Positions 10,114 to 19,512 of a stretch of 64,000 bases of DNA are shown here, one piece after another. The notes under the pieces are model-generated. The model was not told the DNA's origin. It worked only from the letters and a program-made list of their open reading frames with translations, and ran no database searches. Origin of the DNA: Geopsychrobacteraceae bacterium (GTDB taxonomy: Bacteria > Desulfobacterota > Desulfuromonadia > Desulfuromonadales > Geopsychrobacteraceae); contig OY759353.1 of NCBI GenBank assembly GCA_963662315.1, positions 1,280,001-1,344,000 of the forward strand. The letters run 5' to 3'. Position 1 is the stretch's first letter. Every line of letters begins with the position of its first letter. The position numbers and the translations under genes were made by a program.

Positions 10114-10148
10114 AAGCACTTAGCCGAAACCGGTTAGGTGCTTTTTTT
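10114..10148. terminator. Intrinsic terminator after the tRNA-linked element / end of mlaC operon
   Basis: AAGCACTTAGCCG-AAAC-CGGTTAGGTGCTT plus T7. Confidence 0.7.
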
Positions 10149-10260
10149 GTATTCACTGCGAGATCGGCGGGGACCGAACAACACATGAAACAGCAAAGCC
10201 CGCATCTATTAAGAAGCGGGCCTGGAATCAAAAACACCTAAACGACATGCCTGTCAGCAA

Positions 10261-10848
10261 TCAGCGACTTGCCATCTCATCCACTTTCTTCTGCATCAGA
10301 GCCAACAAACCATCATAGCCATCCCGACGAATAATCTCACTGTAACTCGAGTGGTAATTCCGGACCAGGCTGACGCCCTCAATAACCAAATCAAAAACCT
10401 GCCATGCTCCTTCACGGTAAATAAGCAGATAATTCACCGGTATTTCCATTTCATTGGAAACAATGACGGTATCGACAATAGCCTTGTCGTCTTTGACCCG
10501 CTGCATCAGGTATTTAACCTTCCCAGCCGAATAATCATCAATACGATTCAGGTAGGTCCCTTCCAGCACCTTAAGAAATAAATCTGAAAACTGCTGGCGC
10601 TGCTCGGTTGTTGCTTCCCCCCAGTAGTTGCCAAGCGCCCGTGCAGACATCGACTCAACATTCAGAAATTTTTGCACCCGTCCGCTGACAAGGGCTTTTT
10701 TCTGAGCTTTGTCCATATCTTTATTCTGCAAAACCTCAAGAACCGAGTTGACCATTTTTTCAACTTCAATCTGAGGATCGGGCAGAGCAAATGCCAAAGA
10801 GGAACTGAAAACCATCAAAGCCAATATACAAAGTAGTTTTTTCATCAT
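10261..10848 (-). CDS. mlaC: MlaC/Ttg2D family phospholipid-binding periplasmic protein
   Basis: Signal peptide; 'ALGNYW..AT.EQRQQF..LF', 'WQVFDLVIEGVSLVRNY'. Confidence 0.85.
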   Translation of the reverse strand: MMKKLLCILALMVFSSSLAFALPDPQIEVEKMVNSVLEVLQNKDMDKAQKKALVSGRVQKFLNVESMSARALGNYWGEATTEQRQQFSDLFLKVLEGTYLNRIDDYSAGKVKYLMQRVKDDKAIVDTVIVSNEMEIPVNYLLIYREGAWQVFDLVIEGVSLVRNYHSSYSEIIRRDGYDGLLALMQKKVDEMASR

Positions 10849-11711
10849 TCAATTCCAAACCATTCAATCGGGTTTAACAAATCACTGTCAAACAGTGGGC
10901 CTTGAAAAATATTAAGATTATAACTTCCCTCGCCGACCTGAGCCTTACGCCGTTGCGCATATGCACTGCGCAGGAACAGGTAGGGATCCAGTGAATCCTC
11001 AACGATTCCTTCGTAAGTGTCATAATCGAGAGATAGGCGATTCTCCACATCAAACCATCTTATGCCTAAATATTCAATAGTTTCTAAATCCGCATAACGA
11101 ATCGGGTCAGCAAACGAATCAACAAAATTACCAGTCACATCTCGCAGACTGCTTGGCCCGACGACAGGAAGAACAATATAAAAACCATGTCCGAAGCCAT
11201 AAAACCCAAGAGTCTGACCGAAATCTTCCGAAACTCTTTTGACCCCGGCTATGGAATCTGCCGGGTCGAATAACCCAACAAGACCAAAGGTGGAATTTAT
11301 GACAAAACGATAGAGTTCAGTACCAAAATCCCTGAATTTAAACTGCAGGAGTGCATTTCCCGCTCTGATCGGAGTGGTCAGATTGGTGAAAAAATTACGC
11401 ACTGAAGCCCTGGCCGGACGTGGCAACACCAGTCGGAACCCTCTAGCAATAGGCTTGAATAGATAAAAATACAGTTTATCGTTCACCCAGAAAACACCTC
11501 GATTAATCGGCTCGAAAGGGTCGTTAATCAGTTTTTCGGGGACAGGTTCTGTGGGGGAATGGAAATCCTGAAACGCGCTGTCAAAGTCAGCGAAGGGGTC
11601 ATCAGCCTGCACTATTGCAACATCCCCTCCTGCACTTTCCATGGCCATGACAGAACTGCAAAATATTGAGAATAACAGCACACTGCATAACATCAACATA
11701 CGCACAACCAT
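10845..11711 (-). CDS. mlaA: MlaA/VacJ family outer-membrane lipid asymmetry protein
   Basis: 'DPFEPINR', 'NFFTNL', 'RFVINSTFG', 'EDFGQTLG', 'VLPVVGPSSLRD', 'DPYLFLRSAY.QRR'. Confidence 0.9.
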   Translation of the reverse strand: MVVRMLMLCSVLLFSIFCSSVMAMESAGGDVAIVQADDPFADFDSAFQDFHSPTEPVPEKLINDPFEPINRGVFWVNDKLYFYLFKPIARGFRLVLPRPARASVRNFFTNLTTPIRAGNALLQFKFRDFGTELYRFVINSTFGLVGLFDPADSIAGVKRVSEDFGQTLGFYGFGHGFYIVLPVVGPSSLRDVTGNFVDSFADPIRYADLETIEYLGIRWFDVENRLSLDYDTYEGIVEDSLDPYLFLRSAYAQRRKAQVGEGSYNLNIFQGPLFDSDLLNPIEWFGIE

Positions 11712-11714
11712 AAC

Positions 11715-12338
11715 TTACTCCTGCCTAACTCCATGTTTTTTTTCTGCCACCAGTAGAAATGGAGCCTCTGGACGATTCTGAACTTTAACAAGAAGGACCT
11801 GATAATTTTCTTGATCCAGTTGGGAACAATAAAGACTGACGGCTTCGGCTTCAACATCCCCCCCGGGATGTCCGGGATAAACGACAATAGCCATCCGACC
11901 TCCAACAGCCAAGGCGCTACAGGCCGCACTGATTGCAATCAGAGTTGAGTCCGGCCGGGTAATAATGTCTTTATCCCCCCCCGGTAAAAAACCCAAATTT
12001 CCAATGACTGCTACCGGCTGCCCAGGAACAACTTCCGCAAACCGGGCATGACTGCCATGTACCAGATCAATTCCCGGACAGCGTGATAACGGGGTGCTGG
12101 AAGCAACATGGTCTCGAATAGACATACCGACATTAGCAAGCCGATCACGGGTAGAGGCCAAGGCACCAGGCTGAATATCAAAAGCTATAACCTGCCCGGC
12201 ACTCCCAGCCAGACGCGCCAGCATCAGCGTATCGTGACCGTTTCCGGCCGTCAGATCGACGACAAGATCACCGGCTCTGATCACTTCTGCGAGCAATTCG
12301 TGCCCCCATGAGATAATCCGAGTCAGACTGGGAGTCAT
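11715..12338 (-). CDS. YtqB/MnmM-family SAM-dependent methyltransferase (putative tRNA mnm5(s2)U34 methyltransferase)
   Basis: DLTAGNGHDT, AFDIQ, NLGFLPGGD, IVVYPGHPGG..E signature. Confidence 0.8.
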   Translation of the reverse strand: MTPSLTRIISWGHELLAEVIRAGDLVVDLTAGNGHDTLMLARLAGSAGQVIAFDIQPGALASTRDRLANVGMSIRDHVASSTPLSRCPGIDLVHGSHARFAEVVPGQPVAVIGNLGFLPGGDKDIITRPDSTLIAISAACSALAVGGRMAIVVYPGHPGGDVEAEAVSLYCSQLDQENYQVLLVKVQNRPEAPFLLVAEKKHGVRQE

Positions 12339-12775
12339 GAGCGAGTCACTCTGAGTTTGGCGTCGATCAATTGGCGGTGCGACAAACCGATCAGAGTTCC
12401 AAGTTGGCGCATCAAGGCATCTTCGTAACGATCAAGATGACCATCGGCGTAGACCAGCTGCCAAACAGCTTCAATAATACGCTCTTTTTCTGGCTGCGAA
12501 AATGCCTTATTAATCTCCTTGGTAAACTGATGCAGATCAAAACTGTTCTGTCGGGTCGCTTCGGCCAGCTGCAGCAATTCATCAAGAGCCTCATCAGCGG
12601 CGTGAAAATGCTCTTTCAACAAACACCCAAGCATTCTTTGCTCCTCCGGGTGAAAAATGCCATCGGAGTACGCGACTTCAAGCAATAGAACAGCAGCAGC
12701 CAATGGGATACGATCTATGTCACCAGTCCTTGCACCACCATCGGCAGTTAAAACCTGCCAGAGTTTTTTAAGCAT
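12335..12775 (-). CDS. TerB family protein
   Basis: 'LAAAVLLLEVAYSDG', 'DLHQFTKEIN', 'WQLVYADGHLD.YE'. Confidence 0.85.
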   Translation of the reverse strand: MLKKLWQVLTADGGARTGDIDRIPLAAAVLLLEVAYSDGIFHPEEQRMLGCLLKEHFHAADEALDELLQLAEATRQNSFDLHQFTKEINKAFSQPEKERIIEAVWQLVYADGHLDRYEDALMRQLGTLIGLSHRQLIDAKLRVTRS

Positions 12776-12869
12776 ATTTAGTCTCTTTTCCTAAATACAA
12801 ATCGTCCAGTTTTCAACTGCGGAATTGGGTATAACAATACAAATATTTTTCGATAATAACAAACCCGGC

Positions 12870-12897
12870 ATTATAAAGGCCGTGGCTATCCTGTCAA
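12870..12897 (-). promoter_or_regulatory. Sigma70 promoter for the terB-mnmM-mlaA-mlaC operon
   Basis: Minus strand TTGACA-16 nt-TATAAT, both hexamers consensus. Confidence 0.7.
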
Positions 12898-12950
12898 TCA
12901 CATGAATTAAGACCGCTGAAGCAGCGACACCACACAGTCACCAAGATTGA

Positions 12951-12979
12951 TTGACAAAAGAGCCAAGATTCCGTAGCTT
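12951..12979 (+). promoter_or_regulatory. Sigma70 promoter for bamD
   Basis: TTGACA-17 nt-TAGCTT. Confidence 0.6.
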
Positions 12980-13030
12980 CTTGTAGCCCAAAAGCGTTTA
13001 TCGATCCCCTTAACAGAAGCATAAAAAAGG

Positions 13031-13780
13031 ATGAAAATGATGAATCGTCTGTTTAAATATCTGGCTATTCTGACCCTGTGTCTGCTGGTCGTAGCCTGCA
13101 GCAGCAAGCCTGAACTTTCCCAGCAAGATCTGGCAGCAAAACATTTTCAAGAGGGCGAACGGTTATTTGAGGCAAAAATGTATACTGACGCAATTGCTGC
13201 CTGGGAAAAAGTCAGAGATACCTTTTATTCACCAGAGCTCAGTATGCTCGCTGAAATAAAAATTGCCGATACGTATTTCATTTCGGAACAGTACGCAGAA
13301 GCAGCAACAGCCTATTCCGATTACCTTGACCGACACCCCAATGACTCCCGTGAGGGTACAATCCTGTTTCGACTGGGGTTAAGCTACTACAAGCAGATCC
13401 TATCTGCCGACCGGGATCAGACAGCCACCCAGAATTCACTGATAACCATGCAAAAACTTCTGGCCCGCTATCCAGACCACCCCAAAGCCGATGAAGCGAA
13501 AGTCCTGGAAATCCGCTGCCAGACCAGACTGGCAGAACATGAAGTCTACGTCGGTCGCTTCTATCTAAAAAAAGAGCAGTATCGGGCAGCAATCATGCGC
13601 CTAGAAGGAGTCCTGAAACAGTATCCGGACTATTACTATCGGGACGAAACCTATTACTACTTGGCTCTGGCCTATAAGGAAACACAGCAGAAAGACAAAG
13701 TTAAGAGCTTGGTAGAAAAGCTAAAAACTGAGTTTCCGCGCAGCAGATATCTGGATGATGCCGAAGAGCTACTTAACTGA
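13031..13780 (+). CDS. bamD: Outer membrane protein assembly factor BamD
   Basis: Lipobox VVAC, TPR repeats, 'DRDQTAT', 'LAEHEVYVGRFY.K...Y.AA..R'. Confidence 0.9.
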   Translation: MKMMNRLFKYLAILTLCLLVVACSSKPELSQQDLAAKHFQEGERLFEAKMYTDAIAAWEKVRDTFYSPELSMLAEIKIADTYFISEQYAEAATAYSDYLDRHPNDSREGTILFRLGLSYYKQILSADRDQTATQNSLITMQKLLARYPDHPKADEAKVLEIRCQTRLAEHEVYVGRFYLKKEQYRAAIMRLEGVLKQYPDYYYRDETYYYLALAYKETQQKDKVKSLVEKLKTEFPRSRYLDDAEELLN

Positions 13781-13805
13781 TCGTCCCAGCTGCTTGGATT
13801 TCAGC

Positions 13806-13840
13806 AACAGGCCCTGTCCCACAAAGACAGGGCCTGTTTT
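13806..13840. terminator. Terminator hairpin between convergent bamD and clcF
   Basis: AACAGGCCCTGTC/GACAGGGCCTGTT plus T-tract. Confidence 0.7.
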
Positions 13841-13859
13841 GTTTTCTCCTTCAGAACTC

Positions 13860-15227
13860 TTACTGTAACCGTTTCGCCCAGGATTTCAGTAGCGAGGAAT
13901 GAGTTTCCCGCAGTTCTCCCAATTTGTGTCTGACTTGTGGAGCACCATCCAGGTCAAACAGTTTAGGCACAGCAACCCGTTGCGAAGAATAAATGCCCGT
14001 ATGACCACTGAAATAATAAGCCGTATAGCAGGCAATCGCGAAATAGAGAAGATGGTTGGCACCAAACAGTTCAACCCCCATGATGGTGCACGCCAGAGGA
14101 GTATTTGTGGCTGCCGCAAAAACAGCCAGAAAGCCCAGGGCAGCAAACAGATCAACAGGGGCACCAAGTAACCACGCCAATGTGTTACCCAGCGTTGCAC
14201 CGACAAAAAACAGTGGCGTCACCTCCCCACCTTTATACCCTGCCGCCAGGGTAATCGCCGTCAATATCAGCTTGACCAGCCAACTGTACCAATGTGCACC
14301 ACCGGCGTGAAACGCGCTGACAATACTGACTCCACCGTCCCGGCTCGAATAAACACCAAGGCCGATATAATCACCATGTCCAAGCAACGTCACTGCGCCA
14401 ATAACCATCAGCCCCCCAACAACCACAATGATGTAGGGATTTTTGATGGTAACCTTGAAGAGATCTTTAAAAACATGAGTCAATTCACCAAACAAATACC
14501 CGGCCAGGCCGAACACCACCGCAGCAATGACGGTCTTAATCATCAAAACAGGATCAACTTTGACGCTATGGTCAAATAGCGTCATGCTTTCCAGAAAATC
14601 AATACGATAATGAGTATGATGAGCCCCCCAGGCACTACACACCATATCAGCCAGAATCGAGGCAAAAAGAGCTGGAATAATAGCGTCGTATTTAAGACGC
14701 CCGATGGCCAGAACTTCCAGAGCAAAAATTGCACCGGTCAAAGGCGTCCCGAATACGGCTCCAAAGCCGGCAGCAACCCCGGCAATAAGAATAAGTCTTG
14801 TATCGGATTCATTCAGATGAAACAAACGCGCCAGCCACTGGGTTGACGCGCCTCCAATTTGAACCGCAGTTCCTTCGCGACCGGCAGAACCTCCAAACAG
14901 ATGGGTAATGACCGTAGTAATGAGCACCAATGGTCCCATGCGCCGTGGTACTCCGGCTCCCGGATCATGAATTTCATCCATAATGAGGTTATTGCCACCT
15001 TCTGAGTTTTTCCCCATTTTTCTGTAGGCAAAGACAATAAACAAGCCCGCCAAAGGCAGCAGATACAGTAACCACGGGTGAGCAATACGGGTTATGGTCG
15101 CAACCTGCAACAACCACAGGAATAAAGCGTTCAGAGATCCAACAACAACTGCAACCGGCAAAATCAGCAGCACCCAGCGAATAATCTGAATAAAAATTTT
15201 GGGATTGGAACTTAGAGGGTGAGCCAT
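13860..15227 (-). CDS. CLC-F type fluoride/proton antiporter (EriC/CLC family)
   Basis: All three CLC-F signature motifs present (GNNLI, GREGT, GEVTP); start set at MAHPLSS. Confidence 0.85.
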   Translation of the reverse strand: MAHPLSSNPKIFIQIIRWVLLILPVAVVVGSLNALFLWLLQVATITRIAHPWLLYLLPLAGLFIVFAYRKMGKNSEGGNNLIMDEIHDPGAGVPRRMGPLVLITTVITHLFGGSAGREGTAVQIGGASTQWLARLFHLNESDTRLILIAGVAAGFGAVFGTPLTGAIFALEVLAIGRLKYDAIIPALFASILADMVCSAWGAHHTHYRIDFLESMTLFDHSVKVDPVLMIKTVIAAVVFGLAGYLFGELTHVFKDLFKVTIKNPYIIVVVGGLMVIGAVTLLGHGDYIGLGVYSSRDGGVSIVSAFHAGGAHWYSWLVKLILTAITLAAGYKGGEVTPLFFVGATLGNTLAWLLGAPVDLFAALGFLAVFAAATNTPLACTIMGVELFGANHLLYFAIACYTAYYFSGHTGIYSSQRVAVPKLFDLDGAPQVRHKLGELRETHSSLLKSWAKRLQ

Positions 15228-15462
15228 TTCAATATCTCTTCTTGTTTTTTCAAGGACCTGATCTGAGCACCAGTCCGGCACGGATATAAAGGAAAACACT
15301 AACCTTTATCGGAAAGTGTTATTGAGGAATACTACCCCCCACCCTGGCCAAGTATCAAGTAATTTTCGTTTTGGTAACTGGTCAGACAACTTTCTGGCCT
15401 AACCTGTCCCGTAGTCATCGCTACCATATAAGCGAAAAATAGCGCCACAAAAGAGATCCTAC

Positions 15463-15490
15463 TTGACAATACAACCCCTGCTTCTATGAT
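15463..15490 (+). promoter_or_regulatory. Sigma70 promoter for the first CoA-transferase gene
   Basis: TTGACA-16 nt-TATGAT, giving a leader of about 200 nt. Confidence 0.6.
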
Positions 15491-15696
15491 GAGCGTCGCT
15501 GACACAGGCATAGAACAACAAGCAGTCAGACATGGCAACCTAAGCGTAGGAAATCGCTACCCCGCCTGCTGCAAAATTAATTTTGGCCCCAGTTCGTTTA
15601 CACAACTCTATTTCTGAGTTGGACCATACTTAACCCAAACAATAGGTATGGTTTTAACATCATGACTTGTCAACAGTTGATTCAGGAGAATACCTT

Positions 15697-17280
15697 ATGT
15701 CTGAATACGGGACACTTACAGATCGCGTCCAACGCAAATCTTTGCTCGACAGGGTAAAAACTGCCGAAGAATGCATCCCTTTTTTCAAAACCGGTATGGA
15801 CCTGGGCTGGTCAGGGTTTACCCCGGCAGGCTATCCCAAAGCAGTCCCCATTGCCATGGCCGATTATGTTGAGAAAAACAATCTACAGGGACAGCTGAGA
15901 TTCAACCTGTTTATCGGAGCCTCCGTTGGCGCTGAGACCGAAAATCGCTGGGCCGAACTTGACATGATTGATCGCCGCTGGCCGTACCAGACCGGAAAGA
16001 ATATCGCCAAAGGGATCAATGAGGGGCGTATTCGTATGGGCGACAAGCACCTTTCCATGTTTGCCCAGGATCTGGGATATGGGTTCTACACCCCTAAACT
16101 GGATATTGCCCTGATCGAAGTTTCAGAAATCCTGGCCGACGGTTCTCTGGTTCCGACAGCGTCCTGTGGTGCCATTGGTGAAATCCTGATGATTGCGGAC
16201 AAGGTCATCGTTGAAGTCAACACCCGTATGCCATCCTTCCGCGGTATGCACGACTGCCTGGCGCCACAGACACCTCCTCATCGTGAACCACTGCTGATCT
16301 GCAAAGCTGGTGACCGGATCGGTCGTGAATCATTCGCCTGTGACCCGGATAAAATCATTGCCGTTGTTGAGTCGAAATACCCCGACAAGGGTCGCGCCTT
16401 TGCCGACATGGATGATAAGTCTGAAGCAATCGCGGACCACATTCTTGATTTCTTTGTGACCGAGGTTAAAGCCGGTCGTTTGCCGGAAAACCTGCTGCCC
16501 CTGCAATCGGGGGTTGGCTCTATTGCCAACGCGGTTGTCGGCGGCCTGGCCAAAGGACCGTTCAAGAACCTGACCGTTTATACCGAAGTTCTGCAGGACA
16601 CCATGCTTGACCTGTTCGATTCAGGTAAACTAGATGCTGCATCCTCATGCTCCCTGTCTCTTTCAGAAACGCTTGGCTTCCCACGCTTTTTGGAAAACTG
16701 GGATCGTTATGCCGATAAAATCACTCTGCGCCCGCTGTCGATTTCCAACTCCCCTGAAGTCGTTCGCCGTCTCGGTGTCATTGCCATGAACACTCCAGTC
16801 GAGTTTGATATCTATGCTCATGCAAACTCAACCCTGGTTGGCGGTACCCGCATGATTAACGGTATCGGCGGATCAGGTGACTTCCTGCGTAATGGTTACC
16901 TCAAAATCATGCATAGTCCTTCGGTGCGCCCAAGCAAAACTGACCCGACCGGTATCACCTGTGTTGTTCCGAAAGCTCCGCACATTGACCATACAGAACA
17001 TGACCTTGACATTCTGGTCACCGAGCAAGGCCTTGCCGACCTGCGTGGCTTAGCCCCGAAAGACCGGGCCCAAACCATTATTGACAAGTGCGCTCACCCT
17101 GATTACAAACCGATCCTTCAGGATTACCTTGACCTCGCCACTCGCGAATGTCTGAAAAAAGGGATCGGTCACGAACCGCAACTGTTTGATCGTTGCTTCA
17201 AAATGCAGCAAAACCTTGCCGCAAACGGTACAATGAAGATCAAAAACTGGGATATCAAGATTGATCTCTGCGAAGATTAA
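15697..17280 (+). CDS. Acetyl-CoA hydrolase/transferase family; probable succinyl-CoA:acetate CoA-transferase, copy 1
   Basis: SGFTPAGYPK, RRWPYQ, PLQSGVGSIANAV, YTEVLQD (catalytic Glu), NGIGGSGDF, DHTEHD; AGGAG RBS before ATG 15697. Confidence 0.92.
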   Translation: MSEYGTLTDRVQRKSLLDRVKTAEECIPFFKTGMDLGWSGFTPAGYPKAVPIAMADYVEKNNLQGQLRFNLFIGASVGAETENRWAELDMIDRRWPYQTGKNIAKGINEGRIRMGDKHLSMFAQDLGYGFYTPKLDIALIEVSEILADGSLVPTASCGAIGEILMIADKVIVEVNTRMPSFRGMHDCLAPQTPPHREPLLICKAGDRIGRESFACDPDKIIAVVESKYPDKGRAFADMDDKSEAIADHILDFFVTEVKAGRLPENLLPLQSGVGSIANAVVGGLAKGPFKNLTVYTEVLQDTMLDLFDSGKLDAASSCSLSLSETLGFPRFLENWDRYADKITLRPLSISNSPEVVRRLGVIAMNTPVEFDIYAHANSTLVGGTRMINGIGGSGDFLRNGYLKIMHSPSVRPSKTDPTGITCVVPKAPHIDHTEHDLDILVTEQGLADLRGLAPKDRAQTIIDKCAHPDYKPILQDYLDLATRECLKKGIGHEPQLFDRCFKMQQNLAANGTMKIKNWDIKIDLCED

Positions 17281-17295
17281 TTAATAGTCAATCCC

Positions 17296-17326
17296 CACAG
17301 CGTTCCCTCAGGAAGGGAACGCTGTG
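17296..17326 (+). terminator. Hairpin after CoA-transferase copy 1
   Basis: CACAGCGTTCCCT/AGGGAACGCTGTG 13-bp stem; weak U-tract. Confidence 0.55.
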
Positions 17327-17843
17327 CATGCTCCTCCCCCTATCCTCTATACCCTTTTTAAAACACCTATCCATCAATATATTCAAAGACAACAATCTAA
17401 ATATTTTTTTCGGTAAATGTCATTCACAACCGAAAACATACTAAATATCAGCGTATCATTAATACAGCCAACGTATCATTCGCAAATAACAACAACGTAC
17501 TGATTTTTAATATCTTTCTCCCTAACCAATATTGATAACAGTCGCCTAAAAAGGACATTTCATCATAGCACCACACCTCAATTACCATACCAGAAATGAT
17601 ATTTATATTTTCCTTCTGGAGATTTCCGCTTGACTTATCATGACGGTCAATCGCATTATATAAAAACACTGTTTTTATTTTAACTAAACTATTTCAGCAC
17701 AACGAGTAGAGCACATACTGCATTGATCTTGTTTTATTGAATTTTCAGATAGTTAACCCGGAGAAATATTTAAGTTTCGCTGTTTTACAGCATACAACAA
17801 AGACGGCATCCAGCTGTATGCCCTAGGCTCAGGAGGAGAGAGA

Positions 17844-19430
17844 ATGTCTGAATTTGGAACACTTGAAGATCGTGTACGCCGCAAATCCCTGCTCAGCAAG
17901 ACCATGAAAGCCGAAGACTGTATAAAATTTTTCACCCCCGGTCAGAATCTGTTATGGTCCGGCTTCACCCCCGCCGGCTATCCCAAAGCAGTACCGATTG
18001 CACTAGCAGACTATGTTGAAGCCAATAATCTGCAAGGCAAGTGGAAGTTCAATCTTTTCATCGGTGCCTCCGTTGGTGCTGAAACCGAAAATCGCTGGGC
18101 GACTTTGGACATGATCGATCGCCGCTGGCCATACCAGACAGGCAAGGATATTGCCAAAGGGATTAACGCCGGGCGTATCCGCATGGGTGACAAGCACCTT
18201 GGCCTGTTTGCTCAGGATGCCGGTTACGGCTTCTATACTGAAAACGGTCGCTATGATATCGGCATTGTCGAAGTTTCCGCCATCACCGAGGACTGTGGGT
18301 TGGCCTTAACCACCTCTTGCGGTATCGTCGCTGAAGCGCTGCACTTGTGCGACAAAATCATTATTGAAGTCAACACTGGGCAACCTTCTTTCGAAGGGAT
18401 CCACGATATCCATATGCAGCAGAAGCCACCACACCGTGCACCGTTCCTGATTACCCAGGCCAACAGCCGCATCGGTTCACCATACGTCCCCTGTGACCCT
18501 GACAAGATCATTGCCATTGTCGAGTCGAAAAATCGTGATAAAGGGCGTGCTTTTGCAGAAATGGACGATACCTCCGAAGCGATTGCCGGTCACATCATGG
18601 AGTTCTTCGCTCACGAAGTAAAAAAAGGACGTCTGCCCGAAAACCTGTTACCACTGCAGTCAGGGGTTGGTTCAATTGCAAACGCGGTCGTTGGTGGCCT
18701 TGCCAAAGGCCCATTTACCAACCTGTCCGTCTACACCGAGGTTTTACAGGACACCATGCTCGATTTCTTCGACGGCGGCAACTTGAACTTTGCTTCGGCC
18801 TGTTCCCTGTCTCTGTCAGAAAATCCGGGCTTCCCACGTTTCTTTGATAACTGGGAAAAGTATTTTAACAAGGTCGTCTTGCGCCCGTTGTCTATCTCCA
18901 ATGCGCCGGAACCGATTCGCCGCCTCGGCGTTATTGCTATGAACACCCCGGTTGAATTTGACATGTACGCCCACGCCAACTCGACTCTGGTTGGCGGTAC
19001 CCGTATGATCAACGGTCTTGGTGGTTCCGGCGACTTCCTGCGTAACGGCTACTTGAAGATCATGCACAGCCCGTCAGTCCGCCCCAGTAAGACCGATCCA
19101 CTCGGCATCACCTGCGTTGTACCCAAGGCACCACACATTGACCACACAGAGCACGACCTTGACGTTCTGGTTACCGAACAAGGTTTGGCCGACCTGCGTG
19201 GCGTCGCACCCAAAGAGCGCGCCAAACTGATTATCGAGAAATGTGCGCACCCCGAATACAAGCCGATCCTTACAGATTATTTTGAAATGGCCGCCAAGAA
19301 ATGTCTCGAAAATGGAGTTGGCCATGAGCCACAACTGTTTGACCGGGCCTTCAAAATGCAACTCAACCTGGCTGAAAATGGCACCATGCGCATTAAAAAC
19401 TGGGATATCAAAGTCGACTTGTGTGAATAG
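17844..19430 (+). CDS. Acetyl-CoA hydrolase/transferase family; probable succinyl-CoA:acetate CoA-transferase, copy 2
   Basis: Same motifs as copy 1 (NGLGGSGDF variant); AGGAGG RBS. Confidence 0.92.
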   Translation: MSEFGTLEDRVRRKSLLSKTMKAEDCIKFFTPGQNLLWSGFTPAGYPKAVPIALADYVEANNLQGKWKFNLFIGASVGAETENRWATLDMIDRRWPYQTGKDIAKGINAGRIRMGDKHLGLFAQDAGYGFYTENGRYDIGIVEVSAITEDCGLALTTSCGIVAEALHLCDKIIIEVNTGQPSFEGIHDIHMQQKPPHRAPFLITQANSRIGSPYVPCDPDKIIAIVESKNRDKGRAFAEMDDTSEAIAGHIMEFFAHEVKKGRLPENLLPLQSGVGSIANAVVGGLAKGPFTNLSVYTEVLQDTMLDFFDGGNLNFASACSLSLSENPGFPRFFDNWEKYFNKVVLRPLSISNAPEPIRRLGVIAMNTPVEFDMYAHANSTLVGGTRMINGLGGSGDFLRNGYLKIMHSPSVRPSKTDPLGITCVVPKAPHIDHTEHDLDVLVTEQGLADLRGVAPKERAKLIIEKCAHPEYKPILTDYFEMAAKKCLENGVGHEPQLFDRAFKMQLNLAENGTMRIKNWDIKVDLCE

Positions 19431-19448
19431 TTACCCAGTGATGAAACC

Positions 19449-19496
19449 ATAAAAAAAGCCGGTCGCCCCCTTTCCAGGGCGACCGGCTTTTTTTAT
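19449..19496. terminator. Bidirectional intrinsic terminator between CoA-transferase 2 and mshQ
   Basis: ATAAAAAAAGCCGGTCGCCC...GGGCGACCGGCTTTTTTTAT. Confidence 0.85.
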
Positions 19497-19512
19497 AGTA
19501 GACCAGATACTG

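Noticed and set aside
15405..15430. GCGATGACTAC upstream of clcF as a fluoride riboswitch fragment
   Set aside because: Lacks the GGxGATGGxGTxCxCC 5' pseudoknot and lies upstream of the likely promoter
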